Sequence record: MH243438.1
Direction: 5' to 3' (one strand)
DNA length: 64,000 nucleotides
Source of the DNA: Escherichia phage vB_EcoM_NBG1
In this document: piece after piece, positions 33,213 to 42,277 of the stretch
Layout: each line of letters starts with the position of its first letter
Position numbering within the stretch: position 1 is the first letter of the stretch
Program-made: the position numbers and the translations under genes
The notes under the pieces: generated by a model
What the model was told of the DNA's origin: nothing
The model's database searches: none
The model's input: only the letters and a program-made list of their open reading frames with translations

Positions 33213-34037
33213 TTAACAATTTATAGACCAAGTCCATTTAGACGAATCTAAAGGAAAGTTTTGAATCGTCCACCACGGCTGCATATCAGTTGGTCCTGGG
33301 GTTCGCCAGGTATATGGAGTACGTGTTGTCGAGGGGCCACCAATTTGATTAGGCCATGCACCTGGACTTGTTGCACCAGATTCTTTAAGCAAATCCGCCA
33401 ATCGTTTTAAAAGGTCTTCACGATCTGAATCTGAATTATTCTTAGGCAGAACCAAACGAGATTCAATATCATCCCACGTGTGTACACGTTGTGCAGTACG
33501 AGGAATGGCATCACGTTCACCACGAGCCAACCAATAAATCGGTACATTAAGAATTTCTGCCGCATGGTCACAATGATGAGCTAAATCGTCAACGTAACAA
33601 ATTACGTTATATTTTGTTTTAGCTAGTTCGAATAATTGTTCCTTTGAAGAATCATGACCACACATCATTACTTCAGAGAAAGCGCCTGGGAACAAAGCAT
33701 TCAAATTAAATTGTCTATTCAATCGAGCATCAATTGAATCACCTAGCGCCGTCACGGCTACAAAATTATAGTCTTCTTTTAGTTTATTGATAACTCGAAG
33801 AGCATCAGAATAAGGCGCTAAGTAACGAATAAAATCAGAGCTATTATATTTTTCTATTAATTGTTTACCAAGGTTATCGTCGGTATTGAACAGTTTACCA
33901 GGAGAAATAAATTTTTCGTCCTGAATCATTTTTAAAATATGTTCTAATGGAAGGTTATATTTTTGGGCAAAATAAGGAAGTCCAGATTGCCAGCTTAAAC
34001 ATACACCATCAATATCAGTCAAAATAGTAGGCTTCAT
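33213..34037 (-). CDS. HAD-like hydrolase candidate (30.2 position)
   Basis: 274 aa; N-terminal ILTDIDGV resembles HAD motif I (DxDG); function unassigned. Confidence 0.5.
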   Translation of the reverse strand: MKPTILTDIDGVCLSWQSGLPYFAQKYNLPLEHILKMIQDEKFISPGKLFNTDDNLGKQLIEKYNSSDFIRYLAPYSDALRVINKLKEDYNFVAVTALGDSIDARLNRQFNLNALFPGAFSEVMMCGHDSSKEQLFELAKTKYNVICYVDDLAHHCDHAAEILNVPIYWLARGERDAIPRTAQRVHTWDDIESRLVLPKNNSDSDREDLLKRLADLLKESGATSPGAWPNQIGGPSTTRTPYTWRTPGPTDMQPWWTIQNFPLDSSKWTWSINC

Positions 34038-34492
34038 AAAGAGTCTCTTAGTAGGTTTAACACGTCAATAAATTCATCTTCAGTTAGTATTGTATCATCT
34101 TTTGTTAGATGGCTGGCCATGCTGTGCTTCAAAATTTTTCCTTTAGAGGCTTGTAAGGCATCACGAAACCCCTTGTTTTGGATCGCGGCTTCAAAATATG
34201 CATTTGTGTATAATTCTTTCCACGCTTCGGAGTATCTTGAAAATGGAACTCCTAACCAGAAGAGAGTCCCACGGTCCTGAGCTCTTGCGTAAGACCTTCC
34301 AGCTTGCTGTGCAGCCAATCCAGACAACCCAAATATACGTCTTTGCTGTTCAACATTTTTCACCTTACATCCTTGGAGAAATCCTTCAAGACCTCCGAAT
34401 TGAATACCATCCATAACAAAAGGCCATTGAGCAAAGTTACTTAATGCACATGACGGCCACTTGAAATTACTTCTTATTTCTAATTCAGACAT
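34034..34492 (-). CDS. NADAR-domain-like protein (30.3 position)
   Basis: LSNFAQWPF...DG...EGFLQGCK resembles the YbiA/NADAR N-terminal signature (FSNFA.WP...DG...E..FQA.K); ATG at 34492 preferred over track GTG at 34501. Confidence 0.5.
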   Translation of the reverse strand: MSELEIRSNFKWPSCALSNFAQWPFVMDGIQFGGLEGFLQGCKVKNVEQQRRIFGLSGLAAQQAGRSYARAQDRGTLFWLGVPFSRYSEAWKELYTNAYFEAAIQNKGFRDALQASKGKILKHSMASHLTKDDTILTEDEFIDVLNLLRDSL

Positions 34493-34703
34493 CTTTAACA
34501 CTTATAATTTCAACATCCGCCCAATGTCCGTATCCAGGTATACGGTCTTCGATAGATAAATTTCTGTCATTTTTAGGCATTTTAATTGACGTAACGTATG
34601 GTTCTAAACGGTTTTCCGCGTAATATGGAAAAACGTCGGTTACACGATAAGTAACTTCAATCATTTCCGTACCAAACAATTTCTGGATTAATTTATTCAA
34701 CAT
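34485..34703 (-). CDS. hypothetical protein (72 aa)
   Basis: ATG start; tightly packed in the 30.x cluster. Confidence 0.45.
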   Translation of the reverse strand: MLNKLIQKLFGTEMIEVTYRVTDVFPYYAENRLEPYVTSIKMPKNDRNLSIEDRIPGYGHWADVEIISVKDV

Positions 34704-34890
34704 GTTTCAACCCTTTAATAGGAGATAACTCTTTACCCATACGTATGTCAGAAGTCCAATCAACCCATTGAACAGCATACGCTTCATTGATAATTCCAGC
34801 AGCGGTTTTAAATTCAGGGAGAACTTTAAAAATCACCCCAGGAATTCCAACACCTTTTAATTGGACTGTTTGTGCTATTAAAAATTTCAT
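34693..34890 (-). CDS. hypothetical protein (65 aa)
   Basis: ATG start; overlaps neighbour by 11 nt. Confidence 0.45.
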   Translation of the reverse strand: MKFLIAQTVQLKGVGIPGVIFKVLPEFKTAAGIINEAYAVQWVDWTSDIRMGKELSPIKGLKHVE

Positions 34891-34944
34891 ATTTTTCCAC
34901 TTACTAAAGAAATCATTATACTCTAATCCGTCCTTGGATGTAAA

Positions 34945-35559
34945 CTACTTAATGAAATTAATTTCTACCGGATGAACAACAGGTTGAGCAGTGATATATT
35001 GAGTAATTGCTTTCATGACTAGAGCTTCAGAACCAGGATTTTTCTCAACGAATTCACGTGCTTGGTTATGAGCTTCAAGTTCACTTAGTAAACCACTTCG
35101 TTGACATCCACGGTCTTGAGTACCCTGTTCAGATAAAAAGGCGACGATGTATTTTTCATCGTCATACGGTTTAGACGGTTGAGCAAATGTTCCTTTACTT
35201 CCAAAAGGAGAGTTATGACGCCACATCACGCCGTGAGGAGTTTCAACCTTCGTGTATTCATGCGGTCCATTTTTCTTAGTTTCTTTCCATGGAACTTCAT
35301 GGACCTTAGGGTTAGGACATTCAATAAAATGCTCATCTAAATCGGTCGAGAATATTAAAGTAAAACAATTACTGAATTTACCAACACCTGCCTGATAAAT
35401 TTTACCTTCAGAAGTTCTAATTTCACAAACTGAGCCAGCATCAGTAACTTCTAAAACTTCAAAAGGCTCGATAAGGTCATATGAGAACATGTTTTTAAGG
35501 CGTGGAGTAATATCCCCATTTTTAAAATTCATTTTATAAAAAGTATTAACTTTAAACAT
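34945..35559 (-). CDS. hypothetical protein (204 aa; 30.6 position)
   Basis: ATG with GAGGAAA RBS. Confidence 0.5.
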   Translation of the reverse strand: MFKVNTFYKMNFKNGDITPRLKNMFSYDLIEPFEVLEVTDAGSVCEIRTSEGKIYQAGVGKFSNCFTLIFSTDLDEHFIECPNPKVHEVPWKETKKNGPHEYTKVETPHGVMWRHNSPFGSKGTFAQPSKPYDDEKYIVAFLSEQGTQDRGCQRSGLLSELEAHNQAREFVEKNPGSEALVMKAITQYITAQPVVHPVEINFIK

Positions 35560-35571
35560 AATTTCCTCAAT

Positions 35572-35587
35572 GGGAGCCGAAGCTCCC
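35572..35587 (-). other. UUCG hairpin (GGGAGC-UUCG-GCUCCC) between 30.7 and 30.6
   Basis: No U-tract; immediately 5' of the 30.6 RBS. Confidence 0.45.
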
Positions 35588-35594
35588 AGTTAAA

Positions 35595-35960
35595 TTAGAT
35601 ATCAAATTCGTTAAGAACTACATCAAAGATTGCTTCGAGATGTTCATGTTTAGCTCGGTTACTCAGGATATGACGAATCCAAGTTTTAACCAGAAGTTTA
35701 CGATTAACACCGTTCCAGCAAGGATGAGTACCTAAATCACGCTGACGGAAATCATCATCTAATGCAATTTTGAAGTTGGAACCTTCCATTGTGATTGAAA
35801 CCGTGATGCCATTTTCAAATCGCATATAAACATAATTAGGAGTCATGCACTGCTCAATTTCACATACTGAACCATTTTTATGCTTCCACAAACAAACCAT
35901 ATCGATAGAACCAGCGATACCGTTAGAAACATATTTGCGTTCGAAGTTGGTGTAGTTCAT
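35595..35960 (-). CDS. hypothetical protein (121 aa; 30.7 position)
   Basis: ATG start; own early promoter upstream. Confidence 0.5.
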   Translation of the reverse strand: MNYTNFERKYVSNGIAGSIDMVCLWKHKNGSVCEIEQCMTPNYVYMRFENGITVSITMEGSNFKIALDDDFRQRDLGTHPCWNGVNRKLLVKTWIRHILSNRAKHEHLEAIFDVVLNEFDI

Positions 35961-35995
35961 TTTATTCTCCAGATGTTTAAGTTGTTTGTTGGTAC

Positions 35996-36032
35996 AGGTC
36001 TATAATAACATAACCTGTACCAAAGTAAACTG
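35996..36032 (-). promoter_or_regulatory. early promoter (GTTTAC, spacer, GGTTATGTTATTATAGAC)
   Basis: Read on minus strand upstream of ORF 35595-35960. Confidence 0.55.
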
Positions 36033-36034
36033 TT

Positions 36035-36403
36035 TTATGCAACTTTAATCCAATTGTCTAAATTTAAAACACCTTTGGCTTTCATTTTTTCGATCAGGTT
36101 ATCTGCTGTAATGCGTCCATTTTGATACCATGTAACATCTTCAGAGTAACCAGTTTCTTCGTCAACATATGTTTCTGAACGAATTTTACCGGTAATAATA
36201 GTTTTTAATTCGTATGTGTCACCTGTGAAAAAGTTTGCTAACACAATTTTCCAAGAGAAATCATCTGAAGGACCTTCAGGGGTCATACAACCTACGAACT
36301 CAAATTGCTCTTTGTATAACATCCACTGGAATTCTTTAATTTCGATAGCTTTATAACCGTCGTGGTCTTTACATTTGATGTATGAGTTCAGATTGATTTT
36401 CAT
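36035..36403 (-). CDS. hypothetical protein (122 aa; 30.8 position)
   Basis: ATG start; own early promoter. Confidence 0.5.
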   Translation of the reverse strand: MKINLNSYIKCKDHDGYKAIEIKEFQWMLYKEQFEFVGCMTPEGPSDDFSWKIVLANFFTGDTYELKTIITGKIRSETYVDEETGYSEDVTWYQNGRITADNLIEKMKAKGVLNLDNWIKVA

Positions 36404-36438
36404 TTTATTCTCCGATTGTTTTATTGATTAGGTGGTAC

Positions 36439-36475
36439 AAGTCTATAGTAACACATCCTACAGGAGAGTAAACAT
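36439..36475 (-). promoter_or_regulatory. early promoter (GTTTAC, spacer, TGTGTTACTATAGAC)
   Basis: Read on minus strand upstream of ORF 36035-36403. Confidence 0.6.
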
Positions 36476-36506
36476 CTTTTTTTAAACTTTTTCTGCCCTA
36501 AACGCA

Positions 36507-36529
36507 CAAAAGGGAGACCGAAGTCTCCC
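36507..36529 (-). terminator. terminator GGGAGAC-UUCG-GUCUCCC plus UUUUG (same 18-nt hairpin as after gene 23)
   Basis: Identical hairpin sequence in the transcript orientation. Confidence 0.7.
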
Positions 36530-36534
36530 TAAAA

Positions 36535-36714
36535 TTATGCAACAACCTTTCCAAAACGAGAAGCATCATCTCGAAGAACTGCACGTGCTCTGCGCATGAT
36601 CTTCTCAACGGTTTGATTAATACGAGAGTTCGACCCACGCTTGTATCCAGCGCGTTTAGAGGTACCATCAACTTTCTTTTCAACTGCTTTCTTTGCTTTA
36701 GCTTGTTTTGCCAT
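36535..36714 (-). CDS. small basic protein (59 aa, MAKQAKAKKAVEKK...; 30.9 position), not in ORF track
   Basis: Hand-translated; ATG at 36714, TAA at 36535; Lys/Arg-rich; the track ORF 36498-36683 is in another frame and looks spurious. Confidence 0.5.
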   Translation of the reverse strand: MAKQAKAKKAVEKKVDGTSKRAGYKRGSNSRINQTVEKIMRRARAVLRDDASRFGKVVA

Positions 36715-36877
36715 TATAAATTCTCTTTAAATGAAAATGCAGGACTTATTGACATTGCCTGCGCAAGCCCTCAACGGGAACATAGGTTTTGGATATTTAA
36801 CGACAGGATAACCATAAACCCGTCATCATACCTACCATGACTTACACAGCTAACCTTTTGCTGACGCATGATAGCAA

Positions 36878-37126
36878 TTATTTCAAAGTAATAACAAAAT
36901 GACGAACTGCTTTGCGTGCTGCAGAAGCCAGAGGCTTAGCATATTTCAATTCATCTTTAGCTTCCAGTTCAGAAGCCAGAGTAGCCTGAGCAGGATTCAG
37001 GTGTTTGAAATAACGCAGGATTTCCAGTGCTTCGGCTTCAACATCAATTGACGCACCGTAGTTTTCGTGACCGTTATTCCATGCGTTGCGTTGCAGTTCA
37101 AGAGCGTGTTGTAATTGTTTAATCAT
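36878..37126 (-). CDS. rIII: rIII lysis-inhibition accessory protein
   Basis: 82 aa (same as T4 rIII); position between 30.x and 31. Confidence 0.75.
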   Translation of the reverse strand: MIKQLQHALELQRNAWNNGHENYGASIDVEAEALEILRYFKHLNPAQATLASELEAKDELKYAKPLASAARKAVRHFVITLK

Positions 37127-37242
37127 TTTAAATTCTCAATTCGAGATAATATTTAGTAGCCACGTTCGTCTGAATTTCACCTTCTTTCGACAAGTCTCTC
37201 AGTTGTAGGCTACCGCTTAGAAGAGTGTTCTCTTCATATAGT

Positions 37243-37250
37243 TATTTATA
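37243..37250 (-). promoter_or_regulatory. late promoter TATAAATA (minus strand) abutting gene 31 stop
   Basis: Exact octamer on minus strand about 120 nt upstream of rIII. Confidence 0.4.
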
Positions 37251-37583
37251 TCACTTATAAAGACACGGAATAGCTTTATAGTGGCATGTTACGAATTTCT
37301 GTTTAATTTCTTTAGGTTGTTTAAGTCCCAAAGCCACAAATGGATGTGGAACATTTCGAATTTGTCCAACTGGCAGTGGAGTCAAATCACCGACTTCAAC
37401 AAAACCTTTAGGAACATCAGGACCTACAGAATGAACTACACATAGTTCAGGAACTTCACCTTGAACACGTTTACCAATCACAAGTCCTGATTCGGTAACT
37501 TCTTCATCACCTGCTTGAGCGGGTTCAGAAACCAGAATGACATATTCACCAACAGCACGAATTGGGAGTTGTACTTCAGACAT
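37251..37583 (-). CDS. 31: co-chaperonin gp31 (GroES analogue)
   Basis: 110 aa; near-identical to remembered T4 gp31. Confidence 0.9.
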   Translation of the reverse strand: MSEVQLPIRAVGEYVILVSEPAQAGDEEVTESGLVIGKRVQGEVPELCVVHSVGPDVPKGFVEVGDLTPLPVGQIRNVPHPFVALGLKQPKEIKQKFVTCHYKAIPCLYK

Positions 37584-37611
37584 CTTATTTCCTTGTTGTT
37601 TGACGATAGAT

Positions 37612-37640
37612 TAATAATACCATACTATTCGTAAAGCATA
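37612..37640 (-). promoter_or_regulatory. candidate MotA-dependent middle promoter for gene 31
   Basis: Minus strand reads ATGCTTTAC, 12 nt, TATTAT. Confidence 0.4.
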
Positions 37641-37937
37641 TTACATAAGAAGCAAACGTTCTACCGGAGTACCATCAACCGAAATTACTTTATCAAGGCG
37701 GAAAGAACGCCACTGACCTAACTTGGTATCGAATGCTCGAACTGATTCACGAGGTTCAGAACGAACTTCTGTCGATGGGTTACTATTTTCATATTTTACT
37801 TCAAGTTCATCACGGGAGGCAAGCATCGTACGAACATCACCATTAGCCTTTTCAAATACAACACAATGAACGCCTACAGACAGAATAGTTTTAATACGTT
37901 CACGAAGAACCATAGTTTCTTGTTCAGTTAAAATCAT
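37641..37937 (-). CDS. hypothetical protein (31.1 position)
   Basis: Track start is GTG at 37949; ATG at 37937 gives 98 aa starting just after the cd stop. Confidence 0.5.
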   Translation of the reverse strand: MILTEQETMVLRERIKTILSVGVHCVVFEKANGDVRTMLASRDELEVKYENSNPSTEVRSEPRESVRAFDTKLGQWRSFRLDKVISVDGTPVERLLLM

Positions 37938-37938
37938 A

Positions 37939-38520
37939 TTATTCACCACAAAAGTTTCGAATTTGTTCCCAATTCAGAGAACGAAGATTATTACGAGAGT
38001 ACTGAATTACTTCAATACCAGCTTGTTTAAGAATGTCTGCCCAATTTTCAGGAGATCTGTCATATAATTCCGCGTATACAACCTTTTTAATACCTGACTG
38101 CGTAATAGCTTTAGTGCAATCAGGACACGGAGAAAGCGTAGTATATAACGTAGCACCTTCAATAGAATTACCTTTACGAGCTGCAAACAAAATTGCATTC
38201 AGTTCCGCATGGATTTCGTTATTGGCAGACCAGGCACTATGAGCGGCCCGATGTTCTTTAGCCAAAACAAAATTATCTGCCCGTCCAAATGCTGTAGTGC
38301 CTTCTTTATGTCCAGCAATGATGACCGGTCTTGGATTATTCTTCAACCAGCCATTTTCGGATGCATGTTCGCAACAGTTAACACCACCTGAAGGAGAGCC
38401 ATTATAACCTGTAGAAATAATGCGTCCATCTTTTTCAATGACGGCACCAACTTTCCATGAACAACATTTTGATTCTTGAGAAATCAGATATGCAATCTGA
38501 AGGTATGTGCTAGCTTTCAT
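37939..38520 (-). CDS. cd: dCMP deaminase
   Basis: 193 aa (same as T4 Cd); HAELNAI and PCPDC zinc-binding motifs. Confidence 0.9.
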   Translation of the reverse strand: MKASTYLQIAYLISQESKCCSWKVGAVIEKDGRIISTGYNGSPSGGVNCCEHASENGWLKNNPRPVIIAGHKEGTTAFGRADNFVLAKEHRAAHSAWSANNEIHAELNAILFAARKGNSIEGATLYTTLSPCPDCTKAITQSGIKKVVYAELYDRSPENWADILKQAGIEVIQYSRNNLRSLNWEQIRNFCGE

Positions 38521-39512
38521 TATTGAACCTTATTAATATAAGTTAACAGCTCTTTAGTTTGTTCCCAACTGATGCACGCATCGGTAACGGAAACGCCATA
38601 GGACATATTATCAGAAATTTTTTGATTTCCTTCATGTAGGAACGATTCTATCATAATTCCTTTGACCAAATCATTAGCTGCTAAATTTTTACCAATACCA
38701 ATTTGATTGCTATAATGCCCATCAGCGTTTGCATGGCTACAGTCAACCATTACATAATGATTCAGACCTACTGCCCTTGCTTTGTTAGAAGCTTCTTGAA
38801 TATCAGAAGAATGATAGTTCGGGCCGTTGGTCCCGCCACGCAATACGATATGCGTATTCTGATTACCTTCAGCTTCAACAATGCCTACAGTACCATCGAC
38901 GTCCATACCCATATACCGATGAGGCCAGGCGGCACTATACATCGCGTCTGTAGCTACTTTAATAGAACCATTGGTTGCGTTCTTGAAGCCTACGCACATC
39001 GGTAGACCTGAAGCAATTTCACGATGTGTCTGACTTTCAGTCGTACGGGCGCCAATAGCAACCCATGAGAAAATACCAGAAAGATACTTAATCGTGAACG
39101 GGTCTAATACTTCAGTTGCTAATGGAAGTCCCATACGTAGAAGTTTACGACACAATGTTCGTGCAACTATAAGACCGTGGTTCATATCAAAACTTCCGTC
39201 AAGATATGGATCATTTACAAGACCTTTCCAACCTACGGTAGTTCGAGGCTTTTCAAAATAAACGCGCATCACTAACAGAACATTAGGAAGACGAGTTTGA
39301 AGTTCAGCCAAACGTTTGCCGTATTCAACAGCAGCAATAGGGTCATGAATTGAACAAGGACCTACAACAATAAGTTTGCGTGGGTCTTCACCGTTCATAA
39401 TCGAATTAACTTGTTCGCGATGAGAAGCCACTTGTGATGCGTAAGCTTCCGACAAAGGAATAATCTCAGCCAGTTCTTTTGGAGAAATAAGTTTTCTGAT
39501 GACAGGTAACAT
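38520..39512 (-). CDS. class I 3-deoxy-D-arabino-heptulosonate-7-phosphate (DAHP) synthase, AroG/F/H-like
   Basis: 330 aa with VVGPCSIHD, EKPRTTVGWKG, GARTTESQ, DCSHAN, ESFLHEGNQ, TDACISWEQ motifs collinear with E. coli AroG; AAGGA RBS; stop overlaps cd ATG (TAATG). Confidence 0.85.
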   Translation of the reverse strand: MLPVIRKLISPKELAEIIPLSEAYASQVASHREQVNSIMNGEDPRKLIVVGPCSIHDPIAAVEYGKRLAELQTRLPNVLLVMRVYFEKPRTTVGWKGLVNDPYLDGSFDMNHGLIVARTLCRKLLRMGLPLATEVLDPFTIKYLSGIFSWVAIGARTTESQTHREIASGLPMCVGFKNATNGSIKVATDAMYSAAWPHRYMGMDVDGTVGIVEAEGNQNTHIVLRGGTNGPNYHSSDIQEASNKARAVGLNHYVMVDCSHANADGHYSNQIGIGKNLAANDLVKGIMIESFLHEGNQKISDNMSYGVSVTDACISWEQTKELLTYINKVQ

Positions 39513-39632
39513 AACAATCCTTAGGAGATATAAACAGATTCTGATTCAACAATACCTTTAACCGGATTAGACAGGCTAAGTTGGTAGTGCTCAGATTTAT
39601 GACCATTCTCGATAGTAATGAGATAGCTCTCA

Positions 39633-39869
39633 TTATAGTGTTCCATATACTCGAGTTGCTTCAACAAGACCATCACTGCCTAATTTAAGATTAGTAATTT
39701 GGTCACCATCTTTAGGATTAACGATTATGAGAAAAGAACGTGGAGATTCTTGAATAACTCGTAATGTTGCATCTTGGAAACGTTCAGACACTTTATTGAT
39801 GAGTGCTTGAGCAAATTCTTTTACTTTAATCTGAAATTCGTGTACTGTAATTGGGTTTTCACTTAGCAT
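39633..39869 (-). CDS. hypothetical protein (78 aa)
   Basis: ATG start; early promoter upstream. Confidence 0.45.
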   Translation of the reverse strand: MLSENPITVHEFQIKVKEFAQALINKVSERFQDATLRVIQESPRSFLIIVNPKDGDQITNLKLGSDGLVEATRVYGTL

Positions 39870-39891
39870 TTCTATTTCCTCATTTGTTGGT

Positions 39892-39929
39892 AGAGTTATA
39901 GTATCACAACTCCACCATGTTGTAAACCA
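39892..39929 (-). promoter_or_regulatory. early promoter (GTTTAC, spacer, GTTGTGATACTATAAC)
   Basis: Read on minus strand upstream of ORF 39633-39869. Confidence 0.6.
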
Positions 39930-40205
39930 TTAAATTGCTTTGCATTCAATTTTTTGTGTACCGAAATTGATATCACACTGGATAACTAAATCACCATCAA
40001 GATCAAATACCACTATGACGTGCGCAGACCCAGGGAGAAGAGTAATAGCAATAGAATCTACTTGGTCTGGGAGCAAAGTATTGAGTACATGAGTTAGTTG
40101 AGCATGAACTCTGAGTTCGGCTGCATTATCAAGCACTTCAAACATATTATTAGCAATAATCTGACTGAAGACTACCTTTACAATTTCAGAATAAGTTGGG
40201 AACAT
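39930..40205 (-). CDS. hypothetical protein (91 aa)
   Basis: ATG start; in the cd-pseT accessory cluster. Confidence 0.45.
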   Translation of the reverse strand: MFPTYSEIVKVVFSQIIANNMFEVLDNAAELRVHAQLTHVLNTLLPDQVDSIAITLLPGSAHVIVVFDLDGDLVIQCDINFGTQKIECKAI

Positions 40206-40212
40206 AATTACC

Positions 40213-40437
40213 TCAGTGTACAGTATTTACTTTAACTCGAACAACAAATCGCTCGGTCGGTTCACCTACAGGAACAAACTCTACATGATATTCGCCTTTG
40301 TAACGAGTATTCAGATCATTACGAATTCCTGCGAGTTTGTTTATTAATGTAGGACTCATATTAAGTCCCACTAGTTCACGAAGCATTTTGTATGCTTCAT
40401 CTTCGATTTCATGATGTTTATCGTACATAGTTTTCAT
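40213..40437 (-). CDS. hypothetical protein (74 aa)
   Basis: ATG start. Confidence 0.45.
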   Translation of the reverse strand: MKTMYDKHHEIEDEAYKMLRELVGLNMSPTLINKLAGIRNDLNTRYKGEYHVEFVPVGEPTERFVVRVKVNTVH

Positions 40438-40608
40438 TTAACCATTCAATTGCCTGGTCGACGTTATCAAATATACCGCCGTCCAAACGTTCTTCATGCT
40501 CATAGTCCAGCACATCAATACCGAACTGCCCATTTACTAAAGGCCAGGCTACAAACAAATATTCTTTATGCTGTTCGATGGCCTCAATCACTTCATATAA
40601 TCGTTTCA

Positions 40609-40609
<1 letters not shown>
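40418..40609 (-). CDS. hypothetical acidic protein (63 aa)
   Basis: ATG overlaps pseT stop (TAATG). Confidence 0.45.
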
Positions 40610-41695
<1,086 letters not shown>

Positions 41696-41696
<1 letters not shown>

Positions 41697-41995
41697 TATT
41701 TTATTCCTAAGAAAATTTCAAGAATACGAATGTTATGCTCGCGCCGGTCTTTATTAATTTCAGCAACGTTTTTATTAATTGACTTACTTCTAACGTTTGA
41801 AGAAATAAATTTAATCATATGACTTTTGAGTTGTTGCAAATCCATTCCTTTTTCTTTAGCAGCTTTACGAAGAGCTTTACCTGCTTCATCTAGGGCCTTT
41901 GCTGCATCTTTGTCATAATTGTCAAGTGACATTCCACGGCAGATATCAATATACTCATCAGACCGTTTGATGTAATTCTCTAGTAATGTTTTCAT
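41696..41995 (-). CDS. hypothetical protein (99 aa)
   Basis: ATG start; early promoter upstream. Confidence 0.45.
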
Positions 41996-42019
41996 TTAGA
42001 TTTCCTCAATTATCCATAG

Positions 42020-42055
42020 GAGCATTATACTCTGCTCCTGAGAGTTTGTAAACTA
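42020..42055 (-). promoter_or_regulatory. early promoter (GTTTAC, spacer, GAGTATAATGC)
   Basis: Read on minus strand. Confidence 0.55.
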
Positions 42056-42277
42056 TTTTACTAAAGATTCAATATACTCGTGAAGAGCTTTAGTCGCTAC
42101 TGCCCACTTATTCTGATATTCATTTTTAAGATTAGCACGAGACTGAACTAACAATCGGTCATTAGTCGGAGGCAAAGATTCTAATCGTTGAATCTGGCGC
42201 CCATAAATCATAGCCGCCATTTCAGATTCATAGATAAGCCCTTTAATGTATTCATACTGTTCTTTAGTCATTGGCAT
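42053..42277 (-). CDS. hypothetical protein (74 aa)
   Basis: ATG start. Confidence 0.45.
   Translation of the reverse strand: MPMTKEQYEYIKGLIYESEMAAMIYGRQIQRLESLPPTNDRLLVQSRANLKNEYQNKWAVATKALHEYIESLVK

Noticed and set aside
36498-36683. 61-aa track ORF in the 30.9 region
   Set aside because: Wrong frame; a 59-aa Lys-rich ORF (36535-36714) with proper ATG and stop before the terminator is the more plausible gene.
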